DNA of 63,792 nt, the filler included, from Reticulomyxa filosa (taxonomy: Eukaryota > Protista > Foraminifera): NCBI GenBank assembly GCA_000512085.1. It is 22 parts of 22 records of this genome, joined end to end, with 100 filler letters (N's around TTAATTAATTAA, not from the genome) between each part and the next. Parts side by side here need not be neighbours in the genome. Positions count along the whole stretch, not along the records: positions 48,536 to 51,223 come from ASPP01006027.1; positions 51,324 to 57,587 come from ASPP01008348.1; positions 57,688 to 62,571 come from ASPP01027243.1; positions 62,672 to 63,792 come from ASPP01014981.1; 18 more parts are not named here. One strand, given 5' to 3'. Under the pieces are notes generated by a model, which did not search any database, was not told where the DNA came from, and saw only the letters and a program-made list of their open reading frames with translations. Within the stretch, counting starts at the first letter, position 1, and the number at the start of each line of letters is the position of its first letter. Position numbers and translations under genes: made by a program. Of the stretch, positions 49,116-63,021 are shown one piece after another.

Positions 49116-50636
49116 TTTTTTGTTTGTTGCTTTCTTTTTTTGAGAGAAAGCTCACAAAATCTAATGACTTTCAGATAAACTGCCTTGTGAGAAGGTACCA
49201 CGTTGCAACAACAAAAAAAGACAAGGTAATTAATCTGGAATAAACAATTTAATAAACAACTGCGTCATTGCTGTTTTTTTATTTTTCAAAATTTACGACT
49301 ATATACTTTGATGAAATATTTCACAGTTTGACGGGAAAAAAGAGAAAAACTGCCCAGTGAAGGGACGATATTCCGTTTTACAACAGAACAAATCCTAACA
49401 ATACACTGACAAAGCCTGATGTATTTCAGCTCCTACCCCTTGAAATCTTTCTTTGCTCTATGAGCCACTGTCTGGCAGTGTACTATTTGAGAACGGGTGT
49501 TGATTTGTGGAAGCGGAATATTCCACAAGCACAGACAAAGGCAAAAACAAAACCAAGAGCAGTGTGATTTTGCTTTCATCGGTGGTTGAGGGGAGCTAAT
49601 GCAATTTCGGAACCCAGTTGCTGCTGCGCTATGAAAGCACAAGTTACTTGCAACATGTCGAAAATGATGTGGTGCTAGTGATCAAGGGCTACCTCGGGTA
49701 CATGGCCTCGTGTCATTTATACTAGAATGGTTTGTCTTGACTCAATTTGATGTGGCCGAAAATAGATTGTCTTATCAGCAGCTCAGCTGTGTTTCTTTGC
49801 ATTAATACACCGGCTTTTTTTTCAAATTTCAAAACACCATCATTTAATTAAAAATATTTCCTTTAATTAAAGAGAAAAAAATGGCATCCTTTCTTATCTC
49901 TCGGCCTATCCACTGTTTTGTTGTCCACGCACTAAACTACCCTCATCCGTATTATTGGTGGCAAAATTAATAAAAATAAAACTTACTATTCGTTATTTGT
50001 TCCAAATTCTAGCTAGATTTATCTTTTTCTTGTTGTTTTTGCTTGTTTGTAATTTTGTTTAAATTTTTAAAAAGTATGACGATTTTGTGTCTTAAATTTG
50101 TAATGTTTACTGTTGAATTGTCTATTCCTGGTCTTTCTTCATAACAATTATTTTAAATTAAAAGCCTCAAGTTCGTTCATAAACAATATATCAATAGTCA
50201 CAACGTGTGTTGAATAATTATCATTTTTGTACGCAGCTGCAAAAAAGGTCAACTGTAGCTCACTTTCTTTGCGTGGTGCTTTCAAGTTTATGATGATGGC
50301 CCACTTTTTTGTTTTATTCAGACATGTGCTAAATATTGTACGATTTGTTGAGTTTCAAAACTTGTGAAAAAATTTATAAAAATACTAATATAAAATCTTA
50401 ATATTTTAAGTTTTGTTAATTAAAGACCTTTTGAACATAAATATATCAGATATTTTTTAAATATGATGAACAAAACAAATTAGTAAAACTTGAAAATTCT
50501 TTCTTACTGAAAGATGAACTATCCCAAGGTGATTTTCTGTACACTACCTTTTAGTTTTTAGTGACTTTTGCTTGTGTTTCTACAAACTTCAACAGAAAGA
50601 GGGGAGATCAAAAGACAAAAAACATTAAAAGATAAG

Positions 50637-51175
50637 ATGCTTTGTGGTGGCAATATGTTGCGCTCGCACTCGTCGCAGCGTGATATAGATACAAAAGACG
50701 TAGCGGGCAAGGTATGGTGTTGTCTTTCCAAAAACTGGGGAAAAACTACAAACGAAACACGCCGCAATCCTCTGAAAAGCATAAATAAAACAATAAAAAC
50801 AATGAGAAAAAAAATAAATAAATAGCCATCACCCAAAGAAACCCGTGTAATATCGACAAGCCATGCAATGCCACGGACGACCCCAGTTCCTCTATCGGTG
50901 ATGTTATTTCAATCCGACATTCAAAACATATTGAATGAATTTCAGCATTATCAAGTTCGTACTTGTTTACACTTGGAACAAACACAGACAAAAAACCAAC
51001 AAAAGCACAACAAAAATAATATTCAAAGCAGCACTTGGCATGGCATTGGTTCTCCAACAAATTCGAACCAGTGTTGGAAATGCAAGCCTCAGACAAGTCC
51101 ATTTTGTTAGTGCGAATGGACAAATCAAGTGTAAAAAAATGTGAGACATGTTATCGTCCAAATTTGTTAAAAGAG
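50637..51175 (+). CDS. Hypothetical multi-exon protein, 3' truncated
   Basis: Three short coding-like blocks separated by GT..AG A-rich introns; no family recognised. Confidence 0.4.
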
Positions 51176-53142
51176 GTAACCTTTTTTTTTTTTGCCCCCT
51201 TTTTTTTTTTTTTTTTTTTTTTTNNNNNNNNNNNNNNNNNNNNNNNNNNNNNNNNNNNNNNNNNNNNTTAATTAATTAANNNNNNNNNNNNNNNNNNNNN
51301 NNNNNNNNNNNNNNNNNNNNNNNCGCTCTCATTGATAGTAACACTCTTTCGTATTACATTTAGTGAATCTCTTCACTGTAGACTCCCCACATTAGGCTAA
51401 TACAATAACAAAAGAGAAAGTATGATAGACAAGAAAATGTTTATGCATCACCAAAAAACAAATATTTAATAATAAAGTTTTAAAACAAACAAAAATCAAA
51501 ACGGATCCAAAAAAACATCAAAAATACAACGAAATTATCAATTATGCATTAGAAACATCGAAAATATTTATGAGGTAGCAGTATATCCATTTTTTTGCAA
51601 ACATACTTGCTATTGATAGTACAAAATAAATCAGTTGTTTTGGGATTCTACAGCATGATACTGATACCTCTTGTTAGATTAATGACAAGATATCAAACCT
51701 CGAATTTGCTGAAATATGCTGTCAAAAGGAAATGAAGAAATACGTGGAAAATTTGTATTTTGACAATCAGTTACTGTGTCAAAAAGTTTCGGCATTGACA
51801 GCAAAGAATGATATCTTAATTGAAAAGCAATCCAACAAAAGAGCAAATGCCAAACGTATAAACGGCAAAGTCAACACTACCTGTCCGAGATGCAACAAAT
51901 TCAAGCAAGATTATCTGCAACTGTCGAGGAATGACGCAACGTTCAAGAGCAATGGGAATTTGAAAAATCTGAACACGAGAGTAAAATTAATGAATTGCAG
52001 CTGCAATGTGATGCCACTAAGGTGTTAAATTTCTTTTTTTTATGAATTATTTTATGTATATATATCTAAGCCTGTATCGTTTTTACGGCCGTTTATATTT
52101 CTTTTGTAAATAATAGATAACAAAGAAAAGTAGAGGCACTAAAGTGGAAGGGTTGAATGAAGCGGACAGTCATTCCAAAGAATATCGACAATTGTTGGAA
52201 GAGAAGCAATTGTTGCAAATTATGACATATCTTGAATATTAAATTGAGCAAAGCTCAATCAAAATAGTTAATGTTTTTAGGATTAACAGATATGTATCAA
52301 ATGTTTTAACACTTGTAAATAATTTTTACATGTACAATCTCTTGTCCAAATTAAATCAACTAAAATTGGACACGAAAAACAAATTAGTCAACTAAAAGCG
52401 TCTGTAAGCGTGTATATCTCTAGTAAACTTGACAACTCTCAAGACTTGCGTTTTCATGATGGAATCATACCTCAGATGACAAATTAAAAATTTATTGAAC
52501 TCTGTAAATAGAATTTTAATACTTGTCAAAAAATTCGTTTGTTGAATTGTGAATTTTTTGTTTTTTTGCTAATACCTTTTGTAAAATAAACATACAATAA
52601 CAATTTTTCTTAAAAACACATGGACAATATGAAAAACATTCAATTTCTTTTTAGATACACAAAAGCATGAAGTACCTTATAACGAAATGACCCAATAAAG
52701 AAGAGCTGATCAAAAAATTGTTAAAAACAGACTAAAACAAAGATCCATGTTTAAGTAAAATTTGTCAATAGCAAAATTGTAAACATATTTTTTTGTTTTG
52801 AGCAAGAGATGAAATGTTTTTTATACATTGCAACCAGACCATCTGGCCCGACCCTTGTAAAACTGGGGAGATAAATTCTAAAAAGTAATTTAAAAAAAAA
52901 TCCAAAAGACTGAGTTTTGTGTTTCGTTTTACTCCTCAAAACAAACACCAAACATCAAGCAACAAGTCCAACAAAAGGGTCGAGAAAAAAGATGTAGTTG
53001 ATTATCGACAAAAAAAACTTTTCTTCCCTTTGAACAAAACCTGTGCGCATAGGAAAAGCAAATTAATTATTTTTAGATTCCTCTGCACGATTTTGTAAGG
53101 ATTAAAATATTCTCTCCTTTCTCTTCAAATGAAATGCTAATA

Positions 53143-55580
53143 CTACTGTTTTTGAGCAGGTGCAGTTCCGGTCATTGTTGACTCGATATTCGTTTTCGCA
53201 TTTGTATCTTTGTCACTTACGCTCTTTTCTTTCAATGTTTTTTCTATCAAAGCCACATGTGCAAAAAGCATACATACGAGCAAAAGTCGAAAGTACATTA
53301 GCACTCTTTTTCTTTCACCTCACATCAAATTTGGCCATTTGCCCTTACCTTGCTCTTCCATTTCTTTCATCATTTGTTTTATTTCTTCACTGTTCATATC
53401 AATGCTTCGTTTGAACGTATAGCCCCAGAAATGGTGCTTATCTGTCCAACGTTTGAGATAGATAGCAAAAACAAAAACAAAACAAATGAACACATGTCTT
53501 TAAAATATGCGTGTGTATGTGTGTGTGTGTGTGTGAAAGCAATAACAATGAACAAAAACAAAACAAGCCTGTTGTTTTTGAAGCTTTGTATTCTTGTTTG
53601 TGCTGATCAACCGCTTGTTGCGATTGTACTTCTTCAAAATGAGAGGAATCAGTTTCGTGTTTGAGTTTGGGAACAAAAGGTGGCTTCATGCTCATCAAAT
53701 TATCCCATGGGATATCCTTGAAAAAGGCATGCTTTTTCAACTCTTCATATCCGAAGCGCCGTCGTGCAGAACAGATCAAGTTGTGGATCAAGTCTTTGCA
53801 CTCCTCGGATAAAGTAGAGTCTGCTGGAATGCGGAAGTATCGCCGAAAATGAACAATTTTGCGACATGTGGCTAAGGGATCATCCGCATAAAAAGGAGGG
53901 AACCCAACACAACATTCATACATTATCACCCCCAAAGACCACCAATCGACTCTCTTATCATATCTTTTCCAGTCACAAACCACCACACAAGCACATTAGT
54001 TACATTAATTGTAACCCCTATGAATATTGTTAGACAAGGAATATGTATGAACCAAGAGACCCCCTTTTTTTTTTTTTTTTTGATCGGAACATATTACATA
54101 TGTATTATATACATATATATGTATATATGTCGTATAAATAGTAAACAAACCCGCGTCTGGAAAAGACTTCCGGAGCAATGTAATCGGGAGTGCCGACGGT
54201 CGAATACATCAGCTTTTTTTCTCGCTCTTTGTACTTGGCACGCGTTGCTTTTGTGTTTTCAGGCGTGTCTGTGCTTTCTTTTTCGTCTTCATCCGCATTG
54301 TCTAATGTCTCTGCATTTTGCTGATATTGAGATATCATTTCATCATTTTCTGTCCGAAATGACTTGGCTAACCCAAAATCGGAGAGTTTGATATGTCCAT
54401 CATTTGCGATCAATATGTTATCGGGTTTTAAGTCCCCTTTTTTTTTTTTTTTTTTGTGTAACTTATTGCAAGTTAGTTAGTACAAAAAAAAAAAAAAAAG
54501 AAAATAACTTTTACTTAAAAAAAAAAAACTAAACCGATAGAACAAAGTCCAATTGATGTACCGCGTTAATCGCAGCTGCTAACTCCGCCATATAGAAACG
54601 GGTGGTTTTTTCCGACAAGATGTCTTGTTTCATCAACACATTCATTAAATCTCCTCCTCCACAAAATTCCATTACTAAATACAAATAAGTGTCATCCTTT
54701 TTTTTTTTATAAAATGAGGCAAAGAGAGGAAGGGGAGAAAAAAAAAGTATACGTAGAAGAAAATTCTGTTCTGAAAAGATACACTTTTTTTTTAAAAAAA
54801 AAAAATTTAAGTTAAAACTTGGAAGGAAAAATGTAATTTGACAAGCCAAGGACTATCTGCCCCAGCCATTAGATTTCTCTCTGCTTCAACATGTGTGGCC
54901 TGATTTTTGGCGATCATGTCTTTTTTTCGCATTGTCTTCATTGCATATACTTGCTTCGAGTTTTGTTCTCGTACTATGCGGACTTCACCAAAGGCACCCT
55001 TACCAATTACACGCACTAATGTAAAGTCTTTCAGCCCCACTTTGTGGCGTTGACTTCGAAGTGCTTTTTCTAATTTTTTTTAATTTAGCAAATCCGATTT
55101 TTTTTTTAAAAAAAAAAAAGGAAATAAGGATTATTATAATAATAACTTTCGGCCATTAAATACTCTGTATATTTTTCTCGTTTTTGCTCTTCTGTCAAAC
55201 CCATGGCTTCCAAACGAGTCAAATTTTGTTCCATTTTTTGTGTCCTTTTTTTAAAAAAAAAAAATTAAAAGTTTGAAAAGTGTTATGGCAATCACTCGTG
55301 TTGTGGTGGTCTTTCGAAACAAACAAAAAGCGAAAATAACAATCCCATTTTACAGATAAAAGTGATGTGAAATAAAGTGCACAAATCCATTAGAATATAC
55401 CGAAGTCTTCGCGCGTTGGTGGAATTAAGACGGCTTGCTATTGTCTGTGATGAGTTTGCAGCTAACGTTACCTACTGAAACTAACAGCAAATAGAAATGT
55501 TTTTTATTTTGTACCGCTTCCACTCGTTCTTTCATTTTGGCCACTTTTGCCATCGTCTCTGGGCTAGGTTCTGATGCCAT
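53143..55580 (-). CDS. NDR: NDR/LATS-family AGC serine/threonine kinase, multi-exon, apparently complete
   Basis: N-terminal regulatory region, DFTLVRVIGKGAFGEVR, YAMKTMRK, HVEAERN, DLKPDNILI, KLSDFGL, long activation-segment insert ending MYSTVGTPDYIAPEVF, DWWSLGVIMYECCVGFPPF and hydrophobic motif FWGYTF. An extra base disrupts HR at ~54540. Confidence 0.95.
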
Positions 55581-55971
55581 TATCAATGTCTGACTGAATG
55601 TTTTTTTTAAGATGTAAAGTTCTGTAGCCTTGCAAAGGAACTAACTGTTCGAGTTCAACAACGTTTTCAGCAGTTAAGTGTCTAAAGTCCAAGCCGTTGT
55701 GACTGAACTCTATCACACCCAAAGATAAATGTTGCAGAAAATTAGCTTAACTTTCAAACTAACTCAAAAAATAAGCGTTCAAGAATACTATATTTAGTAG
55801 AAATTTTAGCACATTACTTAGAATAAAATGAGATCAACTACACAAACAAAATGAAGATAATGGAGTAGAGTAAATCGTGAGCGACGACTCCTGAGCACGA
55901 GGAACAAGACGTTGGAACTTTTTTTGTCATATCAAAATGACGACTTGTAAAATTGAATTTTCATTCAGAAA

Positions 55972-57278
55972 ATGGCACTTTTGGCACAGAATCTCCAAAA
56001 GCGTTTTTGGCCAATTTTCAATATGCAATTATCCTTGCGTGCTTGTGTGCGCCTCAGTACAAGTTCGTCACGAAATTTCTCCAAACTTCGTTCGCCTCCT
56101 GTTGCAGAATCGGACGATGACATTTATGGAAAACCACTGAGTAAGGAGGACGAAGAAGAAGAAGAATTTATAATAGCATTTAGCTCTCGTAATCTGACAG
56201 CCAAAGAAAATGTGAGAGAAGCCGAAATTGTTGAGGTTACTACAGCCATCAAAAAAACGTCAGTTGTACCCGACAAAATGGCGACTGAACAACGTGGCGG
56301 TGAGTCTAGTAATGTGACTCAAAACGAGAAAAGACCATCCACTCATCTCGAAAGACAAAAACTACCGACATTCGATTACAACGCGTTACTGGACAGATAC
56401 TCAGACTATGACAGCATACGGCAACGATTGCGTGATTTTTCGAGCAAAGTCGATAGCGAACACTCACCCGCAATTGTGCATCCTTTGTTGACATTTCTGA
56501 ATTCCAAAGCAAAGATGAAGGCCAACAAAGACGGAGGAGAGGACATGAGCATGGTAGACTATCCTCAACCTTATGACTATGGCCCAAACTACAGGGTATC
56601 GTTTCCGATTCAAAATGTCATCCAACACATTCAAAAAAGTGGATGCAAAGATATCAAGGTTTATGATGTACACACTTGCGATTGCAATATGCCCGGCTTC
56701 GGTATGATTGATGATAAAGATTGGCTTATCACTGCTGTATGCTATAATTATGATCATCTGGAAACTGTTAATACTCGGTATGATACCCTTTTTTTTGCTC
56801 ACAGTTGATCATAACATGCCTCTAATTGTTTGAAAGGAAGACAGAGGGGGGGGATTGGTTTGGACACATTACAAGTTTGATGCGACAGGCTCATTTGCGT
56901 AAGGTGTATAAAGATAGCTATTATAAAGAGGTTTATAAAAGTGATTTTGGAAATGAAGGGGGTGGCCACAATTGGACCATGCTGGATTTAGCAGATTCTT
57001 TGGTTTTATTGGTCACACTCCAATTACGTAATGATGTCTCCTATCAAACACTCGCCGAAATTGAACAAAAATTTGGCTCGTTTTTTTATGGAATATATCA
57101 TACCTCCGAACAAAATCATATCAAAATGTGGAACCAAGAAGAGCATAAACAAAGAGCTGCAAGATTTTTGAAAAAGTTTGGCCCAATGGATGCCAAAGGC
57201 CTCAACAAAATTGAACAAACTGTCAAAAGAGAGCAAGAGGCTCGGAAGGAACAAAAAAAGAACCTAGTGTTTGAATGA
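55972..57278 (+). CDS. Divergent RsfS/Iojap (MALSU1-like) ribosome silencing factor, probably mitochondrial, 2 exons
   Basis: Arg/Ser-rich, acid-free N-terminus; IQHIQKSGCKDIKVYDV...DWLITAVCYNYDHL and NEGGGHNWTMLDLADSLVLLVTLQLR...Y follow the RsfS pattern. Confidence 0.6.
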
Positions 57279-57729
57279 GTTTATCATATTGCAAAAAAAA
57301 ATAAAAACGTTTGCGTTAACTGCAATCACAGTTTAATTGAGGTCTTCGAATTGATCCAACAGCTATCAGATATAGTTTTTTGACAGTAATTCGCTACAAT
57401 ATACATATGCAAGAATTTTTAGTTGTAATCAATTCAATCAAAAGTTGCAAAGTAACAACATGTTCATTTGTGATAGTTATTTTTACATTAAGTTGCAAAG
57501 AAAACTGAACGCCTAGAACGATACCTTATGATGATAATTGATTTTCTCCATGAAAAATCAACATTTAGACCTAATTTTTTTAAAAAANNNNNNNNNNNNN
57601 NNNNNNNNNNNNNNNNNNNNNNNNNNNNNNNTTAATTAATTAANNNNNNNNNNNNNNNNNNNNNNNNNNNNNNNNNNNNNNNNNNNNAGAGAGAGAGAGA
57701 GCACGAAAAATAGAAGATAATAATGTCAA

Positions 57730-59492
57730 AACTGGATTTGGATTCATCGCTTGTTCCATTTCTTGAATTGTAGCAAATTCGACAAAGGCTTGATTCAAAT
57801 CGGACTTTTTGAGAATTCGAATTGGAAAGATTTTTCTATCTGTACAAGAATTTTCCAAAATGCGATTAAATGTGTTTCTAATTTTTGTTTGGCTCCTTTT
57901 GCCCAAAAAAAAAAAAAAAAAACACCTTGGAAAAAGAGAGAAGAGCTCCTTCACTAATTTCAGGTAATCCTGCCAAGGCCACCCAAAAGTCGGGGTGTTT
58001 TCATTTGATGACGATGGTATGGCATTTTTTGTAATTTGACTTTGGTTCGTGAGTCTGTTTGGCGTTGGTTTTGCATCAACTTTTTTCCACTCCAATGGGA
58101 CTGGTGTTTGTTTTTGTGGACGTGCTCCCCCTCCTCTTGTTACTCCTTTGGCAGTGGTTGTTGTAGCCACTGTTGCTGTTGTCGCTGTGGCGGACATAGA
58201 CTGTAAAGAGGAGGAGCGAGACGGTTGTTGAGGTGGATAGTTACGTTTTTGTGTTGTCGATTTGATTGGATGCAGACGATCATGATCATGACCCTCGGTC
58301 TGCTGCATTCTTGGTAATGTCTCCAATCCCACTAACTTTTTTAATGTTGAAGATGGTTCTTCTCCGGTCCCTCTTCCTTTCCCTCCACTTCCTCGAGTCT
58401 TTCTGTTGTCGCTCGGATACAGCGGCACCGTCGCGCTCAGCGACATCTCATATTCATTGCTTTTGAATAGCTCCACATAGCGTTGTCCGACGTATTGGCG
58501 ATCCAAACTTAGAGCTTTCCTACATCAAGTCAACAAACAAGCAAACATACAAAGAAATCACACACACACACGCCCTTTTCGGTACACTCAATGATTGTGT
58601 TGTTCCAACAACAACAAAAAAGTACATTGCAAAAAAAAAAAAAAAATAATAATAACTTCCGGTGCCCATATGTCTTAAATATCACAAATGCATTCCCATT
58701 AAATCTGCCCAACTCGTCCAATGTCAAAAAGATTTGCACTGTTTTAGAGGAAAGAGGTTCAAAAGGGGGGAATTTTTTTTTTTTTTTAGGTGTTGGTTTG
58801 GAAAATGAGAGCAAAAAATTATAACTTTAACAAAAAATAATCTTCCAACTTTATTGCAAATACTTAAAAAAAAAAAAAAAACCTTGATTCTCACCTGGCT
58901 CAATTCGAGAGTCCTTTTGCTTGAAAAATTGGATAAGATCAGACGCTTTCACGTCAAAAGGTAGACCCTTGATTTTGAGGATGTATCTGGAAGGACGATG
59001 GGAATGTGGAAATTGCTCATTGCCGTTTGCGTTTTCGGCGCTTTCATTGTCACTTTCGCCAATTTGCGACGATGGGTTATCGTCGTCGTCGTCGTCATTG
59101 TCATTGTTGCTGTCGTTATTGTTTATTGGGACATTTGAGATAGAACTATTCATCTTCGTGTGATAGTGCTGGCCTCCTTTCACTTGTCCGAGATGTGTCT
59201 CAACGTCTCGCTGTGATGCAATTTTCACATCAATGTAACGCTGTCCAATATATTGCTTGTCTTTGCCTAACGCGCTTTCCAAATCTTGCTGTGTTGCAAA
59301 CTCTACCAATGCGTGCCCACTATTTCTTCCATTTTTATCCACAAGTATCTTCACATAGACTATGTTCTCATCACGGAAAAATGCCACAATGTCTCTTTCA
59401 GTGCTCGAAAAGGGAATTCCTGTTATCCGAGCTACGTATCTTGATTGAGTTGGAGATGTTCCTGTCAATCTTGAATTTCCCAATGTTGACAT
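57730..59492 (-). CDS. hnRNP F/H / ESRP-like quasi-RRM RNA-binding protein, 3' truncated
   Basis: ARITGIPFSSTERDIVAFF...GRNSGHALVEF...KQYIGQRYIDV; LKIKGLPFDVKASDLIQFF...GRFNGNAFVIF...RQYVGQRYVELFKS; third degenerate RRM with QAFVEFAT. Confidence 0.9.
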
Positions 59493-60066
59493 ATTTCTCT
59501 TTGCGGAGGATTTGATAAAGTTCAAGTCATAAACACGTTTTTTTTTTGTTTGTCGGGTCCTTTGGAAACGAATATTAACTCCTTTCAACACCATAAATCA
59601 TTTCATTTGTTGTATAAACTTGCATAAGGCAAAAAAGTAGCTCGAATCGAGACGTTTTGTTTTAAAATGAACTTAAATCTACTGCCAATAAATCAAATCG
59701 CTGTTAGGAAGGGAGTTCTTGTTGATCGTGAGGATATGATGTTCTGGGGGAAAAAAGTGCTGTCTTACAAATGTGTTCTTTCATCTTTATTTTATCTCAA
59801 ATGGGGAGACACTGAGGGCCAAATTTTCAAAAATGTTTTCCACATTCTCCCATATTATTTATCGTGCGACGTACAATTCAGTGCATGTTTATGTATTCAA
59901 TTTTTTTAGCTGTTAACAGCAAATCAAGAGGAGGAGTCACTCTGCAAAATTTTAAAGCAGAGATTTAGGCTTTTCGAAGCACCTTTATTTGCGAACGAAA
60001 ACAAGAAAAAATGATAATAACCTTTATACATCCTGTTAGTATAAGATAACCACGGAAACAAATCAC

Positions 60067-62197
60067 TCATAAATGGACATCATCGTCCACAATTCGTGTG
60101 GAGACTTTTTCTTTTTGTTCCAATCCTGAGTACTTATGACTTAGAACTGCGTGTTCAGTTTGGTTTGGATTGTACCATGCTTCGGCTACCACGAGCGAAA
60201 GTAACGTGCACAATAACACATACAATCCTACATACACAGTGCCAAAGTGTGCCAACGCTTCACTTACCAAAGGTGCCGTACCACCAAAGAAAGCCTGTTG
60301 TACACATACATACGTATACAGTTACAATCGACATATTAAATAACAAAAAAAAAAACATCAAATAAAAATGAATAGACATGAAATCGTGTAACAAAAGAAA
60401 AAAAAGTATACGTAACTAAGCCAATGTTGTAGCCAATACCTCCAATGGAATATCGGACTCCAACATTGTCAATGGCCCCGCCCAAGAACATCTGCAAAGC
60501 AGCAACTTGCAGACATAAAGTGGTACCCAATAAAATTTGGATCAAAGCCATAGGCCACCATTGCCCGGCAAAAGCGCCAAAGCACCAAAACAAAGGCAAA
60601 GCCAACAGGATTTGGACAATTCCGGGATAACGAAGCAAGCCTCTCCATCCGTGTTTATCGGACAGCACACCTCCAATGATTAACGTTACGCCAACGAAAG
60701 CCAGTAACACGCTGTTTACAGTAAGGGCTTGTTTGAAGGGTGGGTCCATGCGCAAAGCATAGTTTGGTAGCCAAATAAATTCCACATAAAACCCGCATGC
60801 TATACAAACACATAACAATCACATAGCTATAACTTTGTTGACCCAATGCAACATGCAGTGTATTAGACCTCCTCCCTTCTTGCCTTTCTTTAACGGCCGA
60901 TTGTGCTCACTGTTCAAAAAAAAAAAAAAAGTACCGACGTCGAAATAATCAAGGCAATTCCAATGATATCTTTTTTGTGATTTTTCCAAACATAAGCAAT
61001 AGGATTTTCGTGCAGTTCATTTCGAGCCATGGCAGTGTTGTAGTCATGCGAGTGCGGCAAATCCTTTGAGGCCAGCCACCCAATGACACCGATCACAACT
61101 GACACTAAAAATGGAATTCTCCAACCGTAACTGTTCATCGAATGTTCGCTCATTGAGTTCATTGTGATCGACACACCACCACGCTACCTAACACACTTCC
61201 AACTCCTCCAAACACCTGCACCAGACTCGTATAAAATCCACGGCGATCATCAGCAGCACTTTCTGTAAGTTTCCAATCACGCATATTAAATTATATACGT
61301 AATATAGATTTTTTTTTTTAAAAAAAAAAAGGGGCACATAAGTGCTGTATACAAATCAATGCAAACCAAAAAAATAGATGGTGCTTCCAACAAATTGTCC
61401 ACCACAAGAAATGCCTTGGAATGTTCGCAATAGCAACAACAACAAACAAGCTGCAATACCAATACGCTTATACGTTGGCAAGAGTCCCATTGCTGTTGTT
61501 GCAAATAACATGAGCAATATGGAAAGGTTTATCCCCGTCTTTCGGCCGTGTTTGTCACTTCAAATATTTTTTTTTATTTTTTTATTTTTTTTTATCTTAC
61601 ATAGTATTTTATTTGATTTTTTTTTTTGGGAAAATAGTTGGGAAATGTGAAACCTCTTTGTTCCTAGCTCTTTCCTCCTTCTCTCTTCCCCCCTCTCCGG
61701 GAGAAACAAGAACATACCCGATCCAACCAAAAAGCATTCCTCCAAGAGGTCTTGCCATAAATGCCACACAAAAGATTCCATATGTGCTTAACACGCGGGC
61801 AAAACTGGATTCATTCGATGGAAAAAAATTTTCCGCAATTGGATCAGTTAAGTAGCCAAATACTGTGAAATCGTACTTTTTTGGGGAGAGAAGAAAAGGT
61901 ACACAGTTTTTTTGTCTGATACTATGCCAATGAAAAATATAGTTTATCTCGCTGTTTTTACGTCCATACCCATTCTAACACGTTCCCAGCTAGACTGTTG
62001 ACGTATTTGTGCATTTCGTGTGTTAATCGCAAATTGAAAACTAGCTTTAGCTCAAATATATTTACTTTTTTTTCCGTTTACCCTGCGACCAGTTGCTGCA
62101 TTGTTATTGTTTTTTCTGGCACTGATTCACTTGTATTGATGCCATTTTTCTCAGGGCTGGGTTTAAACGGTTGTGTTTCAGAATATTCATCATCCAT
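60067..62197 (-). CDS. MFS metabolite:H+ symporter (ProP-like proline/betaine transporter family), multi-exon
   Basis: AGNVLEW|YDFTVFGY...FFP, AFMARPLGGMLFGWIG|DKHGRK, GLLPTYKRIG, LLRTFQGISCGGQ, RRGFYTS, YGWRIPF, GGVLSDKHG. Confidence 0.92.
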
Positions 62198-62671
62198 TTT
62201 TGATGATCTTAATTGAAATGCCTTTTTAATAGCTTTTTTTAAGGAAAAACTTCTTGAAGACGTACACAACAATAATCTTGTTTGTTCAGATAGTCTAAGT
62301 TTTTTCAACAGAAGTTAATTAGTTCTTTAACTAACATTGCATCGATTACCTTGCAATCTGTTTGAGTATTTTATAATAAATAATATATCAATCAGTTTCG
62401 TATCACTACAAAATGAAGGACACATATGTCTTAGATAAGTAAAAACATTGAAAATAACTTTGGATATAGTATTTTTACAAAATACTAAATGATTTTTTGA
62501 TGAATTTCAATCATTTTTTTAAAAATTAATTAGCGCACATGCAATTTTCTTATTCTTTTAAGCTTAAATATNNNNNNNNNNNNNNNNNNNNNNNNNNNNN
62601 NNNNNNNNNNNNNNNTTAATTAATTAANNNNNNNNNNNNNNNNNNNNNNNNNNNNNNNNNNNNNNNNNNNN

Positions 62672-62709
<38 letters not shown>

Positions 62710-62751
62710 ACCGTCCTAGTTTCATTTAAAAAAAAAAAAACAACATACATA

Positions 62752-63021
62752 CCTTATTGTGGTTCTGAAACTTCCTCTTTCAGTTGTAAAGAAATAATGA
62801 TGAAATCGGTCGTAAATTCCTTCCACATATGGCACATATTTAAATAGCCTTATTCTATCATTTGGGGTAGAATTGCTCGACGTTGTCGCCGTCTTTCTTT
62901 TTTTACTCGATCCCGCTTGACTTATTGGACTCGTTGCAATTTTTCCAAATGTGTCGCCCGCTGCTCCGTTTTGAGACTGAATGTCTTCAAATTCAGTTTC
63001 TGATGTGCTATTTATACTCAT
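62752..63021 (-). CDS. Hypothetical protein, first exon (3' truncated), with NLS-like KKRK
   Basis: ATG-started frame ending at a GTATGT donor; no family recognised. Confidence 0.5.

Noticed and set aside
49350-49810. GC-richer stretch with several in-frame TGA codons (e.g. ENGC*F) and a small TTGTGGAA/TTCCACAA hairpin; considered as selenoprotein or snRNA
   Set aside because: No ATG-started coherent frame, no recognisable SECIS or snRNA motifs; more likely a decayed gene fragment.
51650-52260. Coiled-coil-like ORF 51732-52028
   Set aside because: Short, frameshifted and without recognisable family; not enough support to call.
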